Below are positions 54,581 to 64,000 of a DNA stretch of 64,000 nt, in pieces. Both the position numbers and the translations under genes were made by a program. A model generated the notes under the pieces. It worked only from the letters and a program-made list of their open reading frames with translations. It was not told the DNA's origin and ran no database searches. The first letter of the stretch is position 1; each line of letters begins with the position of its first letter. The DNA comes from an uncultured Acidobacteriota bacterium (GTDB taxonomy: Bacteria > Acidobacteriota > Vicinamibacteria > Vicinamibacterales > JAKQTR01): contig CAVOWJ010000005.1 of NCBI GenBank assembly GCA_963700065.1, positions 620,953-684,952 of the forward strand, given 5' to 3'.

Positions 54581-56632
54581 TTACTTCGCCCAGCGCCCGA
54601 CCCACTCCAGAAACGTCCGGTACCAGAGCGCCGCGTTCTGGGGCTTGCCAATCCAGTGCCCCTCGTCGGGGAACACCAGCAGGCGCGACGGGATGCCCTG
54701 GCGCTGGAGTGTCGTGAAGAGCTGGAGCCCCTCGCCCACGGGCACGCGGAAGTCGAGCTCGCCGTGCGTGACGAGCGTGGGCGTCTTGAAGTTCTTCGCG
54801 TAGGTGTGTGGCGACCACTTCGCGTAGCCCTCGGGATTGGTCCAGGGCGTGCCGCCGAGATCCCACTCGGGGAACCACAGCTCCTCGGTGGCGCCGTACA
54901 TGCTCGTCAGGTTGAACACGCCGGCGTGCGAGACCAGCGCCTTGAAGCGGTCGGTGTGGCCGAGGAACCAGTTCATCATGTAGCCGCCGTACAACGCGCC
55001 GGCCGCCACCTTCCGTGACGCGTCGACATAGGGCAGCTTTTCGGCGTAGTCCACGCCCTTCATCAGGTCGTCGAACGGCTTGCCGCCCCAGTCGTTGCTG
55101 ATCTCGTCGGTGAACTTCTGGCCGAAGCCCGTCGAGCCCCGGAAGTTGACCATGAAGACGACGTAGCCCGCCGATGCGAAGACCTGGGCGTTCCAGCGGT
55201 ACGTCCATCCGTCGTTCCACGCGCCCTGCGGGCCGCCGTGCACGAGGTACAGGAGCGGGTACTTCACGCCGTCCTTGAACGTGTTCGGCTTCACGACCCA
55301 TGCCTGGACCGGCACCCCGCCCGCTCCCGCGAAGGTCACGCTCTCGGCCGGCTTGAGTGCGAACGTCGCGAGGAACTCCCGGTTGATCGTGGTGACGGCG
55401 GTCACGCCCGTCCCGTCGGCATTCGCGCGGTAGATCTCGGCCGGTGCCGTCAGCGACGCCTGGGAGAAGATGATGGTCTTGCCGTCGGGCGTCACCTGCA
55501 CGTCGCCGTTTGTCGCGTCCTTCAGCACCAGCCTGGGCGGTCCGCCGGCCAGATCGAACCGGTAGACGCGCACCCGGCCGTCTTCTTCGGCGGCCGTGTA
55601 GACCGCCTTCGAGTCCGGCGTGAACGTCCAGCCGTCCACGGCGCGGTCCCAGTCGGCCGTCAGCACGCGCCGCTCCCCTGATCTGCGATCGAGCAGGTTC
55701 AGCGTCCAGCGATCGGCCTCGAAGCCGGCCCGCGCCTGCGAACGCCACGCGAGGTACTTCCCGTCCGGCGTGTAGTGCGGGCCGCCGTCGGCGCCCAGCG
55801 CCGTCGTGATCTGCTTCGGCTGCGCGCCAGCCACGGTCAGGTCGATCGTGAAGATGTCGCTGTTCGTGCTGATGGCTTCGACCTTGTCGGTCTTCTTCGC
55901 GAACGCGATCTCCTTCGAGTCGGGCGAGAACGCATAGTCCTCGGGGCCGCCGAGCGAGAACGGCGGCACGTCGGACGTGCCCGGCGTCAGGTCGCGCGGC
56001 GGAGCCGAACCGTCGGCCGGCATCAGGAACAGGTGGCTGTAGGTGCCCTGCCGCCACGCGGTCCAGTGCCTGAACATCAGCCCGTCGGCCAGGTATGCCT
56101 TGACCTTCGATTCGTCGCGCGCCTTCAGCTCGCGCTCGTGGCAGGCTGCATCGGCACACGCCGGGAAGACCTCGGACACAAAAGCGATCCACTTTCCGTC
56201 GGGCGACCAACTGACGCCCGAGGCTTCCGTGGCGATGGAGGTGAGCTTCCTCGGCTCGCCCCCGGACGCGGGGATCACCCAGACCTGCGAGCCGCCGTCG
56301 CGGTTCGACACGAACGCCAGCTGCCTGCCGTCCGGAGACCAGCGCGGCCGATCTTCCGACCGATCCGTCCCCGCCACCTTGACCGGCGCGCCGCCTGCCA
56401 CCGGCACGATCCAGATGTCGTTGTTGCGCGTGTTACGGTCGAGGCTCACGTCCGTGACGACGAAAGCGATCTTCGTGCCGTCGGGCGAGAGCTGCGGGTC
56501 GGACACCCGCTTCAACTTCAGCATCTCGTCCACGGTGAACGCCGCCGGACCCTGCGCCCAGGCGGTGCTCGCGGCGAGCGTCAGCAATCCAAGAATCAGC
56601 GTCGTGTTGAGAATCAGCCTGCAGCGTGACAT
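54581..56632 (-). CDS. S9-family (prolyl oligopeptidase/DPP-like) protein with an N-terminal beta-propeller; nucleophile Ser replaced by Leu
   Basis: Signal peptide MSRCRLILNTTLILGLLTLAASTAWAQG. TolB-like repeats. The C-terminal hydrolase has GELDFRVP and DEGHW, but GALYGGYM appears where GxSxGG is expected (Leu codon TTG at 54992-54994). Confidence 0.8.
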   Translation of the reverse strand: MSRCRLILNTTLILGLLTLAASTAWAQGPAAFTVDEMLKLKRVSDPQLSPDGTKIAFVVTDVSLDRNTRNNDIWIVPVAGGAPVKVAGTDRSEDRPRWSPDGRQLAFVSNRDGGSQVWVIPASGGEPRKLTSIATEASGVSWSPDGKWIAFVSEVFPACADAACHERELKARDESKVKAYLADGLMFRHWTAWRQGTYSHLFLMPADGSAPPRDLTPGTSDVPPFSLGGPEDYAFSPDSKEIAFAKKTDKVEAISTNSDIFTIDLTVAGAQPKQITTALGADGGPHYTPDGKYLAWRSQARAGFEADRWTLNLLDRRSGERRVLTADWDRAVDGWTFTPDSKAVYTAAEEDGRVRVYRFDLAGGPPRLVLKDATNGDVQVTPDGKTIIFSQASLTAPAEIYRANADGTGVTAVTTINREFLATFALKPAESVTFAGAGGVPVQAWVVKPNTFKDGVKYPLLYLVHGGPQGAWNDGWTYRWNAQVFASAGYVVFMVNFRGSTGFGQKFTDEISNDWGGKPFDDLMKGVDYAEKLPYVDASRKVAAGALYGGYMMNWFLGHTDRFKALVSHAGVFNLTSMYGATEELWFPEWDLGGTPWTNPEGYAKWSPHTYAKNFKTPTLVTHGELDFRVPVGEGLQLFTTLQRQGIPSRLLVFPDEGHWIGKPQNAALWYRTFLEWVGRWAK

Positions 56633-56667
56633 CCCCTTGCCCCCTGTCCCTTGCCCCTTGCCCCTGT
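56633..56667. repeat. C-rich heptamer array (CCCCTTG family)
   Basis: ccccttg ccccctg tcccttg ccccttg cccctgt, between the divergent S9 and SNF2 genes. Confidence 0.85.
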
Positions 56668-56697
56668 CCGGTCCCGAGAATAGCACGCCCCTTGCGT

Positions 56698-59238
56698 ATG
56701 GATCCGCCGTCGCGCGCGGCTTCGGCCGGAAACAGCCCGAAGGCCTCGGAGACGCGTGATCACCGTGGCAGTTTCTGCCACGCCCCCAGGCCCCGGAGGT
56801 GGCGGTTCCTGCACTCGCCCGTACAGGCAGGCACGACAGTCGACGTGCGTGGGCGCCGCTGGCTCCTGCAGGCGACGGTGCCGCGCGCGGACTGCACCGA
56901 GCTGCATCTTGCGCCGGCAGCCTGGTCTGGCGCGGCCCCGGCTCCCGGCTGCCTCGTGCTGCTCGAGCCTTTCGATCGGCCCGTCTCCCTCGGCCGCTCC
57001 GCCCGCCTCCGCGTGGTCTCGCGCCGCGCCTGGATGGCGGCGCTCAGGGCGGCATGGCTCGGCCGCCGCGAGCCGGATGGCCTGGCAGGAGCGGCCCGCG
57101 CCGACGCGGATCTCCTGCCGCATCAGCTCGAGCCCGCCCTCGCCGTCGTCCGCCACGGTGCGAGGCGTGTGCTCCTCGCCGACGCCGTGGGCCTCGGCAA
57201 GACGGTCGAGGCGGGCTTCGTGCTGGCCGAGCTCCGCGAGCGCTCGATGCTCGACCGCGCGCTCGTGCTCGCACCGCCCGGCCTCTGCGATCAGTGGTGC
57301 GCCGAGCTCTCGGCCCGCTTCGGGCTCGACGCCGCGGTGGCGGATGCCGGCTGGCTCCGCTCGCTCCGCCCGGTGCTGCCGCCCGGCGCCAATCCCTGGT
57401 CCACTCCGGGTATTCGCGTGGCGTCGATCGACTTCGCCAAGCGGCCCGAAGCGCGGCGCAGCATGGAACACCTCGGCTGGGATGCCGTCGTCGTCGACGA
57501 AGCGCACCTCGCGGCCGGTGACAGCGAGCGCAGGGCCGCGGCGCACGCGTACGCGTCACGCGCGCGTGTGGTGCTGCTGCTGACCGCGACGCCGCACAGC
57601 GGGGATGCGCGCGCCTTCCTCTCGTTGTGCCGGATCGGCGCGCTCACCTTCCACGATCCGCTCGTCATGTTCCGACGAACCCGCGAGCAGGCCGGCATCG
57701 CCGGCCGGCGGCGCGTTCATCTGCACAGGGTCGAACCCGCCGCCGCCGAGCGTGCGGTGCGCGAGGGCCTTGATCAGTACGTGCGGGCGGTCTGGGCCCG
57801 CCGAAGCGGCGCCGAAGGCCGCGATGCGCGCCTGGCGATGACCGTGCTCCTCAAGCGCTCGCTCTCGGGCATGGAACCGCTGCGCCGATCGCTCGCCGCG
57901 CGTATCGACCGGCTGGGCGAGCAGGCAGGCGCCGCCGACGCGCAGTTGCCGCTGCCGTGGGCGGAGGAAGACGAAGCCGACGCGGCGCCGCACGCGGTGC
58001 TTGCGGCACCGGGGCTCGACAATGAGCACGAGGAGCGGAGCATGCTGTCGGCCCTTGTCGACGGTGCGGCGCTCGCCGCGCGGCACGATTCGAAGCTGCG
58101 CGCACTCGAGCGGATCCTCACGCGGGTCAACGAGCCCGTCATCATCTTCACCGAGTACCGCGACACGCTCGAGTCGCTGCGCGCGGCGGCCGGCCCCGAT
58201 GCGGCCGTCCTGCACGGCGGCATGGACCGGTTCGAGCGGGCGGACGCGGTTCACGCGTTCACCAGCGGGCGCGCGCGCGTGCTGCTCGCCACCGACGCGG
58301 CCGGCGAAGGCCTGAATCTGCAGCAGGGCTGCCGCCTCGTCGTCAATCTCGAGTTGCCCTGGAACCCCATGCGGCTCGAGCAGCGCATCGGCCGCGTGGA
58401 TCGCATCGGCCAGCGGCGGACCGTCCATGTGATCAACCTGCTGGCGGCCGGCACGGCGGAGGCGGACATCCTGGTCCGCCTGGCGCGCCGCCTCGAGCGT
58501 GCCAGACAGACCGTCGGCGCGGTGGCCGAGGTGCTGGGCCCCGCAGGCGACCGCGTGGTGGCCGCCTGGCTCGGCGTCGACAAGGCCGGCGGGGACGCCG
58601 TGACCGGAACCGGGCCTCCGCGTGAAGGGCCGCTGCCGCGGACCATTCGCCGTCCCGACCTGCGCGCCGCCGGTGTCGAAGCGGCAGCGCAGTCGATGAA
58701 GCAGCGGCACGTGATGCGCGCCGGGCGCCGCTCGGCGCGTGCCCGCGCCGGCCGGGCGCGAGCGGTGACGCGCGGCGGAGTTCTGGCGACGGCTGTACGC
58801 CGCTCGAAAGGCGAGGCGTGGGGCGGCCGCGAAGGCCTGCTGGTGGTCTTCCGCCGACATGAGCCGCTGTCGTGGGGCCGTGGCACGTTTTACGACCTGG
58901 TGCCGGTCTTCGCCGAGGGCCGGTGGCCGGCCATGCGCCGGCGCGGTGACGTGCGTGCGCTGGCGGAGTCCGCGATGACGGCCGCCGTGCCGGGAATGGC
59001 CGCGCGCGTTCCGCCGCGCCACACGGCGGCCGGGGCCCCGGACCAGCCCTTCGATCGGGACGCCCTGCTCACGGCCCGTCTGGCGGGACGACGGTCGATC
59101 CAGCGCGGCCTCTTCGATCGACGGGCGGAGCGAGATGCCGACGATGCCGTGGAACCCGCGGGGGAGGCTGATCGCGCGGGGCCTGATGCCGCAACGCCGC
59201 CGCCCGAACCGCTGCTGCTCCTGTTCGTCACGTCATGA
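56698..59238 (+). CDS. SNF2-family helicase-like ATPase with an uncharacterised ~260-aa C-terminal extension
   Basis: Motif I LLADAVGLGKT, motif II VVVDEAHL, motif III LLLTATPHSGD, C-lobe LLATDAAGEGLNLQ and LEQRIGRVDRIGQ. The start at ATG 56698 is assumed. Confidence 0.8.
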   Translation: MDPPSRAASAGNSPKASETRDHRGSFCHAPRPRRWRFLHSPVQAGTTVDVRGRRWLLQATVPRADCTELHLAPAAWSGAAPAPGCLVLLEPFDRPVSLGRSARLRVVSRRAWMAALRAAWLGRREPDGLAGAARADADLLPHQLEPALAVVRHGARRVLLADAVGLGKTVEAGFVLAELRERSMLDRALVLAPPGLCDQWCAELSARFGLDAAVADAGWLRSLRPVLPPGANPWSTPGIRVASIDFAKRPEARRSMEHLGWDAVVVDEAHLAAGDSERRAAAHAYASRARVVLLLTATPHSGDARAFLSLCRIGALTFHDPLVMFRRTREQAGIAGRRRVHLHRVEPAAAERAVREGLDQYVRAVWARRSGAEGRDARLAMTVLLKRSLSGMEPLRRSLAARIDRLGEQAGAADAQLPLPWAEEDEADAAPHAVLAAPGLDNEHEERSMLSALVDGAALAARHDSKLRALERILTRVNEPVIIFTEYRDTLESLRAAAGPDAAVLHGGMDRFERADAVHAFTSGRARVLLATDAAGEGLNLQQGCRLVVNLELPWNPMRLEQRIGRVDRIGQRRTVHVINLLAAGTAEADILVRLARRLERARQTVGAVAEVLGPAGDRVVAAWLGVDKAGGDAVTGTGPPREGPLPRTIRRPDLRAAGVEAAAQSMKQRHVMRAGRRSARARAGRARAVTRGGVLATAVRRSKGEAWGGREGLLVVFRRHEPLSWGRGTFYDLVPVFAEGRWPAMRRRGDVRALAESAMTAAVPGMAARVPPRHTAAGAPDQPFDRDALLTARLAGRRSIQRGLFDRRAERDADDAVEPAGEADRAGPDAATPPPEPLLLLFVTS

Positions 59239-62200
59239 TCGCCGGCGTCAGCGGTCCGCTCGTGTCGGGACACTACGCCGAGCACCTGCTCGGCGCCGCG
59301 TTCGCCGGCCGGCTCGGCGAGCGCACGAGAGATCGTGCCCGCCGCCGCGTGCGCGCGTGGTGGCGGCGCGAAGGGGCGCGGCTTGGTCCGGCGTCGCCGC
59401 TGCGATCGATGTTCGATCTGGGCGCGGCTCCCCTGATGGATCTGCTTGGCTTCTCCGCGCGCCACCCCAGGGAGACGGCCCGCGGCGCGCTGCTGTGCGG
59501 CGAGGCGGCGTCGGCTTCGCTGTCGGTGCCGCTCATCCTGGCCACCTGGGGCTCGCGGCTCGATCTGCTGTGGAGCGAGGTGGCGCGCGAAGGCGCGCGC
59601 CTCGACAGCCGCTGGGCCTTCTGCTTCAACGGCACGGCGCTCCGCCTGTGCGACAGCCGCAACACCTTTGCCAGGAGCTATCTCGAATTCGAGTTCGACG
59701 CGCTCTTCGATCATCCGGCGGCGATGTCGCTCTTCTGGGGGCTCCTCCGGTCGGAAGCCGTGCCCGCGCTTGCCTCGGCCGTCGCGCTGGCGTCGGCCAG
59801 GCACGGGGTTGCGGTCTCGGCCGCGCTTCGCGACGGCGTGCGCGAGGCCCTGTTGCTCTTCCTCCAGGGCATGCTGGGCGCCCGCGCGGGCCGGAGGCCA
59901 GCCGCCCGCGGCCGTGATTCCGCGGCCTCGGTCCTCGACCAGGCGTTCATCCTCGTCTACCGGGTACTCTTCCTCCTCTTCGCCGAGTCGCGCGCCCTCG
60001 TGCCGATCTGGCATCCAATCTACCGCCGCGGTTACTCGCTGGAGGCGCTCCGGCGGCAGGCCGCATCGCCTGGCAGGGAGCGCGGCCTCTGGGAGGCGCT
60101 TCAGGCGGTGTCGCGCCTCGCGCACGCCGGCTGCCACGCCGGCTCGCTCGTGGTCGAGCCGTTCAACGGGCGGCTCTTCGCGCCGGCGCGCGCGCCGCTC
60201 GCCGAACGCGGCCACCTCGACGACGGCGTGGTCGCGCGGGCCCTCACGGCGCTCACGACACGCGTGGTGGGCGGGCGGCGCGAACACGTCTCGTTCGGGG
60301 ATCTCGGCGTCGAGCAACTCGGCGCGGTGTACGAGAGCGTTCTGGACTACGAGCTTCATTGGGACTGTTTCAGAACCTGCGTACAGCGGAAGGAGCAAGC
60401 CGCAAGAACGGGTTCTGAAACCGCTTCCAGGAACGGTTCGGTAACCTGTGTGCTGCAGCCCGATCGGGCCGCGAGAACGGACCATGACACCGCCTGTCGT
60501 GTTCGGCTGGTCAGCCGCGGCGAGGTCCGGAAGTCCACCGGCACGTTCTACACGCCGCGGTCCATTACGGAGTACATCGTCGGGCGCACCCTGCGGCCGC
60601 TTGTCGAGCACGCCACGGCCGACGCCATTCTCCGGCTGCGCGTGCTCGATCCGGCCATGGGCAGCGGCGCCCTGCTCGTCGCCGCCTGCCACTGCCTGGC
60701 CGCCGCCTACGAAGCGGCCGTCGTGCGCGAACGAGGCTGCTTCGCGTCCGACATTACCGACGCCGACCGCGCGGGCTACCGGCGGCTGGTTGCGCAGCAC
60801 TGCCTCTACGGCGCCGACGTCAATCCGATGGCCGTCCAGGTGGCCCGCCTCTCGATGTGGCTGACGACGCTCGCGCGCGGCCGTCCCCTGTCCTTCCTGG
60901 ACCACCGGTTCGTCGCCGGCGACAGTCTCGTCGGCGCCTCGCTCGACGATGTGCAGCGGCAGCCGCCGGGCGGGAAGCGCCTGGCGCGGGCGCAGGGCCC
61001 GCTCCCTCTCTTCGAAGACGATGCGGCCGCGTCGGCGATGAGGACGGTGATGCCGATCCGCGCGCGCCTGGCCGACACGCCCGATGACTCGGCGCAGGCG
61101 GTGCACGCGAAAGAGCGCCTGCTGGCTGAGACGCTCGCGCCGTCTTCCGCCATGACCGCCCTCCGCCGCGTCGCCGACCTCTGGTGCGCGTGCTGGTTCT
61201 GGGAAAGCCGCGACGTGCCGCCGCCGGGGCCGGCCGAGTTCAGCGATTTGGCAGCGGCGCTCCGCGGCCGTGCCGCCAGCCTTCCGCCGTCGATCGCGCA
61301 GCCGCGCTTCGACGAGGCGAACCGGATTGCGAGCGCCCGCCGGTTCCTGCACTGGACGATCGCGTTCCCGGAGGTGTTCTTCGATGCCGGCGGCGCGCCG
61401 CTGGCGGAACCGGGGTTCGATGCCATCATCGGCAACCCGCCGTGGGAGATGATGCGGGGCGATGCCGGGGAGGCGGACGCCCGCGGGGCGCGCAGGGCCT
61501 CGGCCGCCAGACTTACGCGCTTCACCCGTCAGTCCGGCATCTACCGGGCGTGCGCCGAGGGCCACGCGAACCAGTATCAGCTCTTCGTCGAGCGCAGCGT
61601 AAGCCTGCTCAGGCGCGGCGGCCGGCTGGGCCTTGTGTTGCCCTGGGGCCTGGCGTCGGATCATGGAAGCGCAGCCCTGAGGCGCATGCTCTTCGAGCGC
61701 TGCGACACGGATGCCATCGTCGGATTCGAGAACAGCGCGGGGATCTTCCCCATTCACCGCGGCGTGCGCTTCCTGCTGCTCACGGCGACAGCGGGCAGGC
61801 CGACGGGAGAGACACGGTGCCGGTTCGGCGAACGGGATCCGGCCGTCCTGGCAGACATCGAGCACTCGCCGGAGCCCGAGGCCGCGGGCGCGCGGGCTGT
61901 CACGCTGACGCCCGCGCTGCTCAAGCGGCTGTCAGGCCCCGGGCTCGCGATCCCCTCCATCAGGAGCACCGAGGAGCTCAGGATCGCCGAACGCCTGGTC
62001 GCCCGATGGCCCGCGCTCTCTGCCGCACAAGGATGGGCCGCGCGGTTCGGGCGCGAGTTGAACCGGAGCGACGATCGGCAGCTTTTCTCGGCGGGCGGCG
62101 CGGGCATGCCGGTCGTCGAAGGCAAGCACGTCGAACCGTACGCCGTTCACGCGGACCGCTGCGAGCTGCGGCTGGCGCAGGGAGCCGCGCTGCCGGCCCG

Positions 62201-62762
62201 CGAGCTTCGCGCGGCGGCGCGCCGGCACCGGCTGGCCTACCGCGACGTGGCGTCGGCATCCAACCGGCTCACGCTCATCGCCGCCATCGTGCCGCCAGGC
62301 GCGGTCACCGTGCACACGCTCTTTTGCCTGCGCGGCGCCATGCCGCTCGGCGATCAGGCGGCGCTCTGCTGCCTGCTCAACAGCTTCGTGGCGAACTGGC
62401 TCGTCCGGATGTGGGTGACGACGCACCTGGGCACGTCCACTGTCGAGCGCCTGCCGGTGCCGCGGCCTCCGGCGGCGTCGTTCGCGGCCGGCCTCCTTCG
62501 GAGCCTCGGGCACCGGCTGCTGAAGTCCGCCGGCCAGGACGCCGCCGCCCAGGCTGAGGCGCAGGGGCTCGCCGCGGCGCTGTACGGCCTCACGGCCGGG
62601 GAGTTCGCCGTGGTGCTCGAGACGTTTCCGCTGGTCGAGGCGTATGTCAGGGCCGCCGCCGCGGAGAGCCACCGGCGGCTGGCGGCCGGCTCGGGGCGGG
62701 TATACACTTTCGCGTGTGAGACCGGCATCCCGGACCATTCATCCGACAGGGGGCATCAATGA
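59235..62762 (+). CDS. Large N6-adenine DNA methyltransferase, Eco57I/PglX-like, with unknown N-terminal ~330 aa and a C-terminal specificity-like region
   Basis: ATGA overlap with the helicase gene. TGTFYTP, motif I VLDPAMGSGALLVAA, motif IV IIGNPPW. Downstream GRELNRSDD...VVEGKHVEPY is typical of this enzyme class. Confidence 0.8.
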   Translation: MIAGVSGPLVSGHYAEHLLGAAFAGRLGERTRDRARRRVRAWWRREGARLGPASPLRSMFDLGAAPLMDLLGFSARHPRETARGALLCGEAASASLSVPLILATWGSRLDLLWSEVAREGARLDSRWAFCFNGTALRLCDSRNTFARSYLEFEFDALFDHPAAMSLFWGLLRSEAVPALASAVALASARHGVAVSAALRDGVREALLLFLQGMLGARAGRRPAARGRDSAASVLDQAFILVYRVLFLLFAESRALVPIWHPIYRRGYSLEALRRQAASPGRERGLWEALQAVSRLAHAGCHAGSLVVEPFNGRLFAPARAPLAERGHLDDGVVARALTALTTRVVGGRREHVSFGDLGVEQLGAVYESVLDYELHWDCFRTCVQRKEQAARTGSETASRNGSVTCVLQPDRAARTDHDTACRVRLVSRGEVRKSTGTFYTPRSITEYIVGRTLRPLVEHATADAILRLRVLDPAMGSGALLVAACHCLAAAYEAAVVRERGCFASDITDADRAGYRRLVAQHCLYGADVNPMAVQVARLSMWLTTLARGRPLSFLDHRFVAGDSLVGASLDDVQRQPPGGKRLARAQGPLPLFEDDAAASAMRTVMPIRARLADTPDDSAQAVHAKERLLAETLAPSSAMTALRRVADLWCACWFWESRDVPPPGPAEFSDLAAALRGRAASLPPSIAQPRFDEANRIASARRFLHWTIAFPEVFFDAGGAPLAEPGFDAIIGNPPWEMMRGDAGEADARGARRASAARLTRFTRQSGIYRACAEGHANQYQLFVERSVSLLRRGGRLGLVLPWGLASDHGSAALRRMLFERCDTDAIVGFENSAGIFPIHRGVRFLLLTATAGRPTGETRCRFGERDPAVLADIEHSPEPEAAGARAVTLTPALLKRLSGPGLAIPSIRSTEELRIAERLVARWPALSAAQGWAARFGRELNRSDDRQLFSAGGAGMPVVEGKHVEPYAVHADRCELRLAQGAALPARELRAAARRHRLAYRDVASASNRLTLIAAIVPPGAVTVHTLFCLRGAMPLGDQAALCCLLNSFVANWLVRMWVTTHLGTSTVERLPVPRPPAASFAAGLLRSLGHRLLKSAGQDAAAQAEAQGLAAALYGLTAGEFAVVLETFPLVEAYVRAAAAESHRRLAAGSGRVYTFACETGIPDHSSDRGHQ

Positions 62763-63223
62763 AGGGCAGTGACAAGGTCATCCAGATCCTGAACGATCGG
62801 CTCGCCGAGGAGTTGACGGCGATCAGCCAGTACATGGTGCACTCCGAGATGTGCGCCAACTGGGGATTCCAGAAGCTCCACGAGGCGATCGAGAAGCAGG
62901 CCATCGACGAGATGAAGCACGCCGAGATGCACATCGGCCGCATCCTCTTCCTCGAAGGCTCGCCAACCGTGTCGAAGCTGCACAAGATCAAGATCGGGCA
63001 GACGGTCGAGGAAATGGTCTCCATCGACGAAGGCGACGAACTCGACGCCATCAAGGCCTACAACGACTCAATCGCCGCATGTGAGGCCGCCGGCGACAAC
63101 GGCTCCGCTGACATGCTGAGGAAGATCCTCCAGGACGAAGAGCGCCACGCGGACTGGGGCGAGACCCAGCGCGAACTGATCGAGCAGATGGGGCTCCAGA
63201 ACTACCTCGCGAAGCAGGCGTAG
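62759..63223 (+). CDS. bfr: Bacterioferritin
   Basis: MKGSDKVIQILNDRLAEELTAISQYMVHS...EMKHAE...DEERHADW has the ferroxidase-centre ligands. The ATG overlaps the methyltransferase stop (ATGA 62759-62762). Confidence 0.9.
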   Translation: MKGSDKVIQILNDRLAEELTAISQYMVHSEMCANWGFQKLHEAIEKQAIDEMKHAEMHIGRILFLEGSPTVSKLHKIKIGQTVEEMVSIDEGDELDAIKAYNDSIAACEAAGDNGSADMLRKILQDEERHADWGETQRELIEQMGLQNYLAKQA

Positions 63224-63244
63224 GACGGAACGTCAGGCCCGGGC

Positions 63245-64000
63245 ATGCGGTTTTCACGGGTTGCGGCGATGGTCCTGTTCGCGAGCGTGCTCGTCATGTC
63301 CCAGGCTCCCGCAGATCTGCTCGTCCGCAACGTCCGGATCGTCCACGGTGACGGCCGGGTGACGCCGCGCGCGACGGTCGTCGTGCGCGGTGCCGTGATC
63401 ACCACGGTGGAGCCGGCCGCCCTGGAGCGGCCGGCTTCCGCCGAACCTCCCGCGCTCAGGGTCATCGACGCCGCCGGAAAGACGATGATCCCGGGGCTCA
63501 TCGACGCGCACGTCCACGCGGAGCCCTGGACGCCTGCCGTGTTTCTCAAGTACGGCGTCACCACCGTCCGCGACCTGCACGGCGACGCGGCGGTCGTCTT
63601 CCCGATGGCCCTCGAAGAATCGCCGGCCAGGCCCCGTGTCATCACCTCGGGTCCGCTCATCGACGGCCCCGGCAGCTTCTGGAAGAACGCCACGGTGGTG
63701 GCCTCCGTCGGCGAAACGCGTGCGGCCGTTCGCGGACAGGTCGGCGCCGGCGCGAAGGTCATCAAGGTCTACACCCGGCTGGAGCCGGCGCTGGTGGCGA
63801 CTATCGCCGCCGAGGCGCGCGCCCGCGGCGTGCCCGTCGCCGCGCACCTCGGCAGGACAACGGCCGTGCAGGCCGCCGAGGCCGGCGTCACGAGCATCGA
63901 GCACTTGAGCGGCATCGCCGAGGCGGCGTCGGACGACCCGGCGCGGCTGTTGAAGGCGCACGACGACTTCCTGGGCGGCTGGACGGCGTTCGAGCTGGAG
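63245..64000 (+). CDS. Secreted amidohydrolase-family protein; 3' end lies outside the window
   Basis: Hand translation from ATG 63245 is open to the window end. Signal MRFSRVAAMVLFASVLVMSQA, then LLVRNVRIVHGDG...IDAAGKTMIPGLIDAHVHAEPW (HxH metal motif). Not in the ORF track. Confidence 0.7.
   Translation, partial: MRFSRVAAMVLFASVLVMSQAPADLLVRNVRIVHGDGRVTPRATVVVRGAVITTVEPAALERPASAEPPALRVIDAAGKTMIPGLIDAHVHAEPWTPAVFLKYGVTTVRDLHGDAAVVFPMALEESPARPRVITSGPLIDGPGSFWKNATVVASVGETRAAVRGQVGAGAKVIKVYTRLEPALVATIAAEARARGVPVAAHLGRTTAVQAAEAGVTSIEHLSGIAEAASDDPARLLKAHDDFLGGWTAFELE

Noticed and set aside
60367-60421. An 11-bp perfect inverted repeat (gtttcagaacc...ggttctgaaac) in a locally lower-GC patch inside the methyltransferase CDS; a possible MITE-like insertion.
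   Set aside because: The reading frame is intact. The segment falls in the variable linker that precedes the conserved TGxFYTP motif in this enzyme class. There are no target-site duplications or other copies in the window. I cannot distinguish it from chance or from mRNA structure.

Overview
This is a visibly GC-rich (not computed), gene-dense bacterial chromosomal window. Its gene content looks like a soil Acidobacteriota- or Gemmatimonadota-type genome, but that placement is a guess. I support about 58 protein-coding genes, two IS elements, no rRNA, tRNA or CRISPR, and a large amount of non-coding structure.

Housekeeping content:
- A MacB/LolD/LolA-like export operon with an outer-membrane protein.
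- thyX, def and thiI.
- The squalene genes hpnCDE, preceded by a PduO-type adenosyltransferase.
- A mutY-like glycosylase followed by a mutT-like NUDIX protein.
- lpdA, a 2-oxoacid dehydrogenase E2 and lipB.
- queF, bfr, two ECF sigma modules, peptidases and transporters.

Main second-look items:
1. 38.3-45.0 kb holds a co-directional module: sigma54-dependent response regulator, -24/-12 promoter candidate, radical-SAM/SPASM peptide maturase, a Shine-Dalgarno-preceded 30-aa ORF overlapping its stop, a perfect 32-bp palindrome, a family-5 periplasmic binding protein, and a Cache/HAMP histidine kinase. I read this as a possible self-sensing modified-peptide (RiPP) signalling loop.
2. 12668-12880(-) is an ORF missed by the track. 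It is a glutaredoxin-fold protein with an in-frame TGA at the active-site position and a SECIS-like hairpin 11 nt downstream, so it is a candidate selenoprotein.
3. At least 14 loci carry 7-bp-period tandem arrays, often as inverted arms. One pair brackets a four-helix-bundle (23S rRNA IVS-type) gene inside an operon. One copy sits in frame inside hpnC. Two are split by different IS elements at CTAG.
4. An SNF2 helicase and a PglX/Eco57I-like N6-methyltransferase are chained by ATGA overlaps, and bfr is chained on in the same way.
5. Four genes each need removal of one base to restore frame. This suggests insertion-type assembly error or real decay.

All homology calls come from motif recognition by eye. 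No searches were run.
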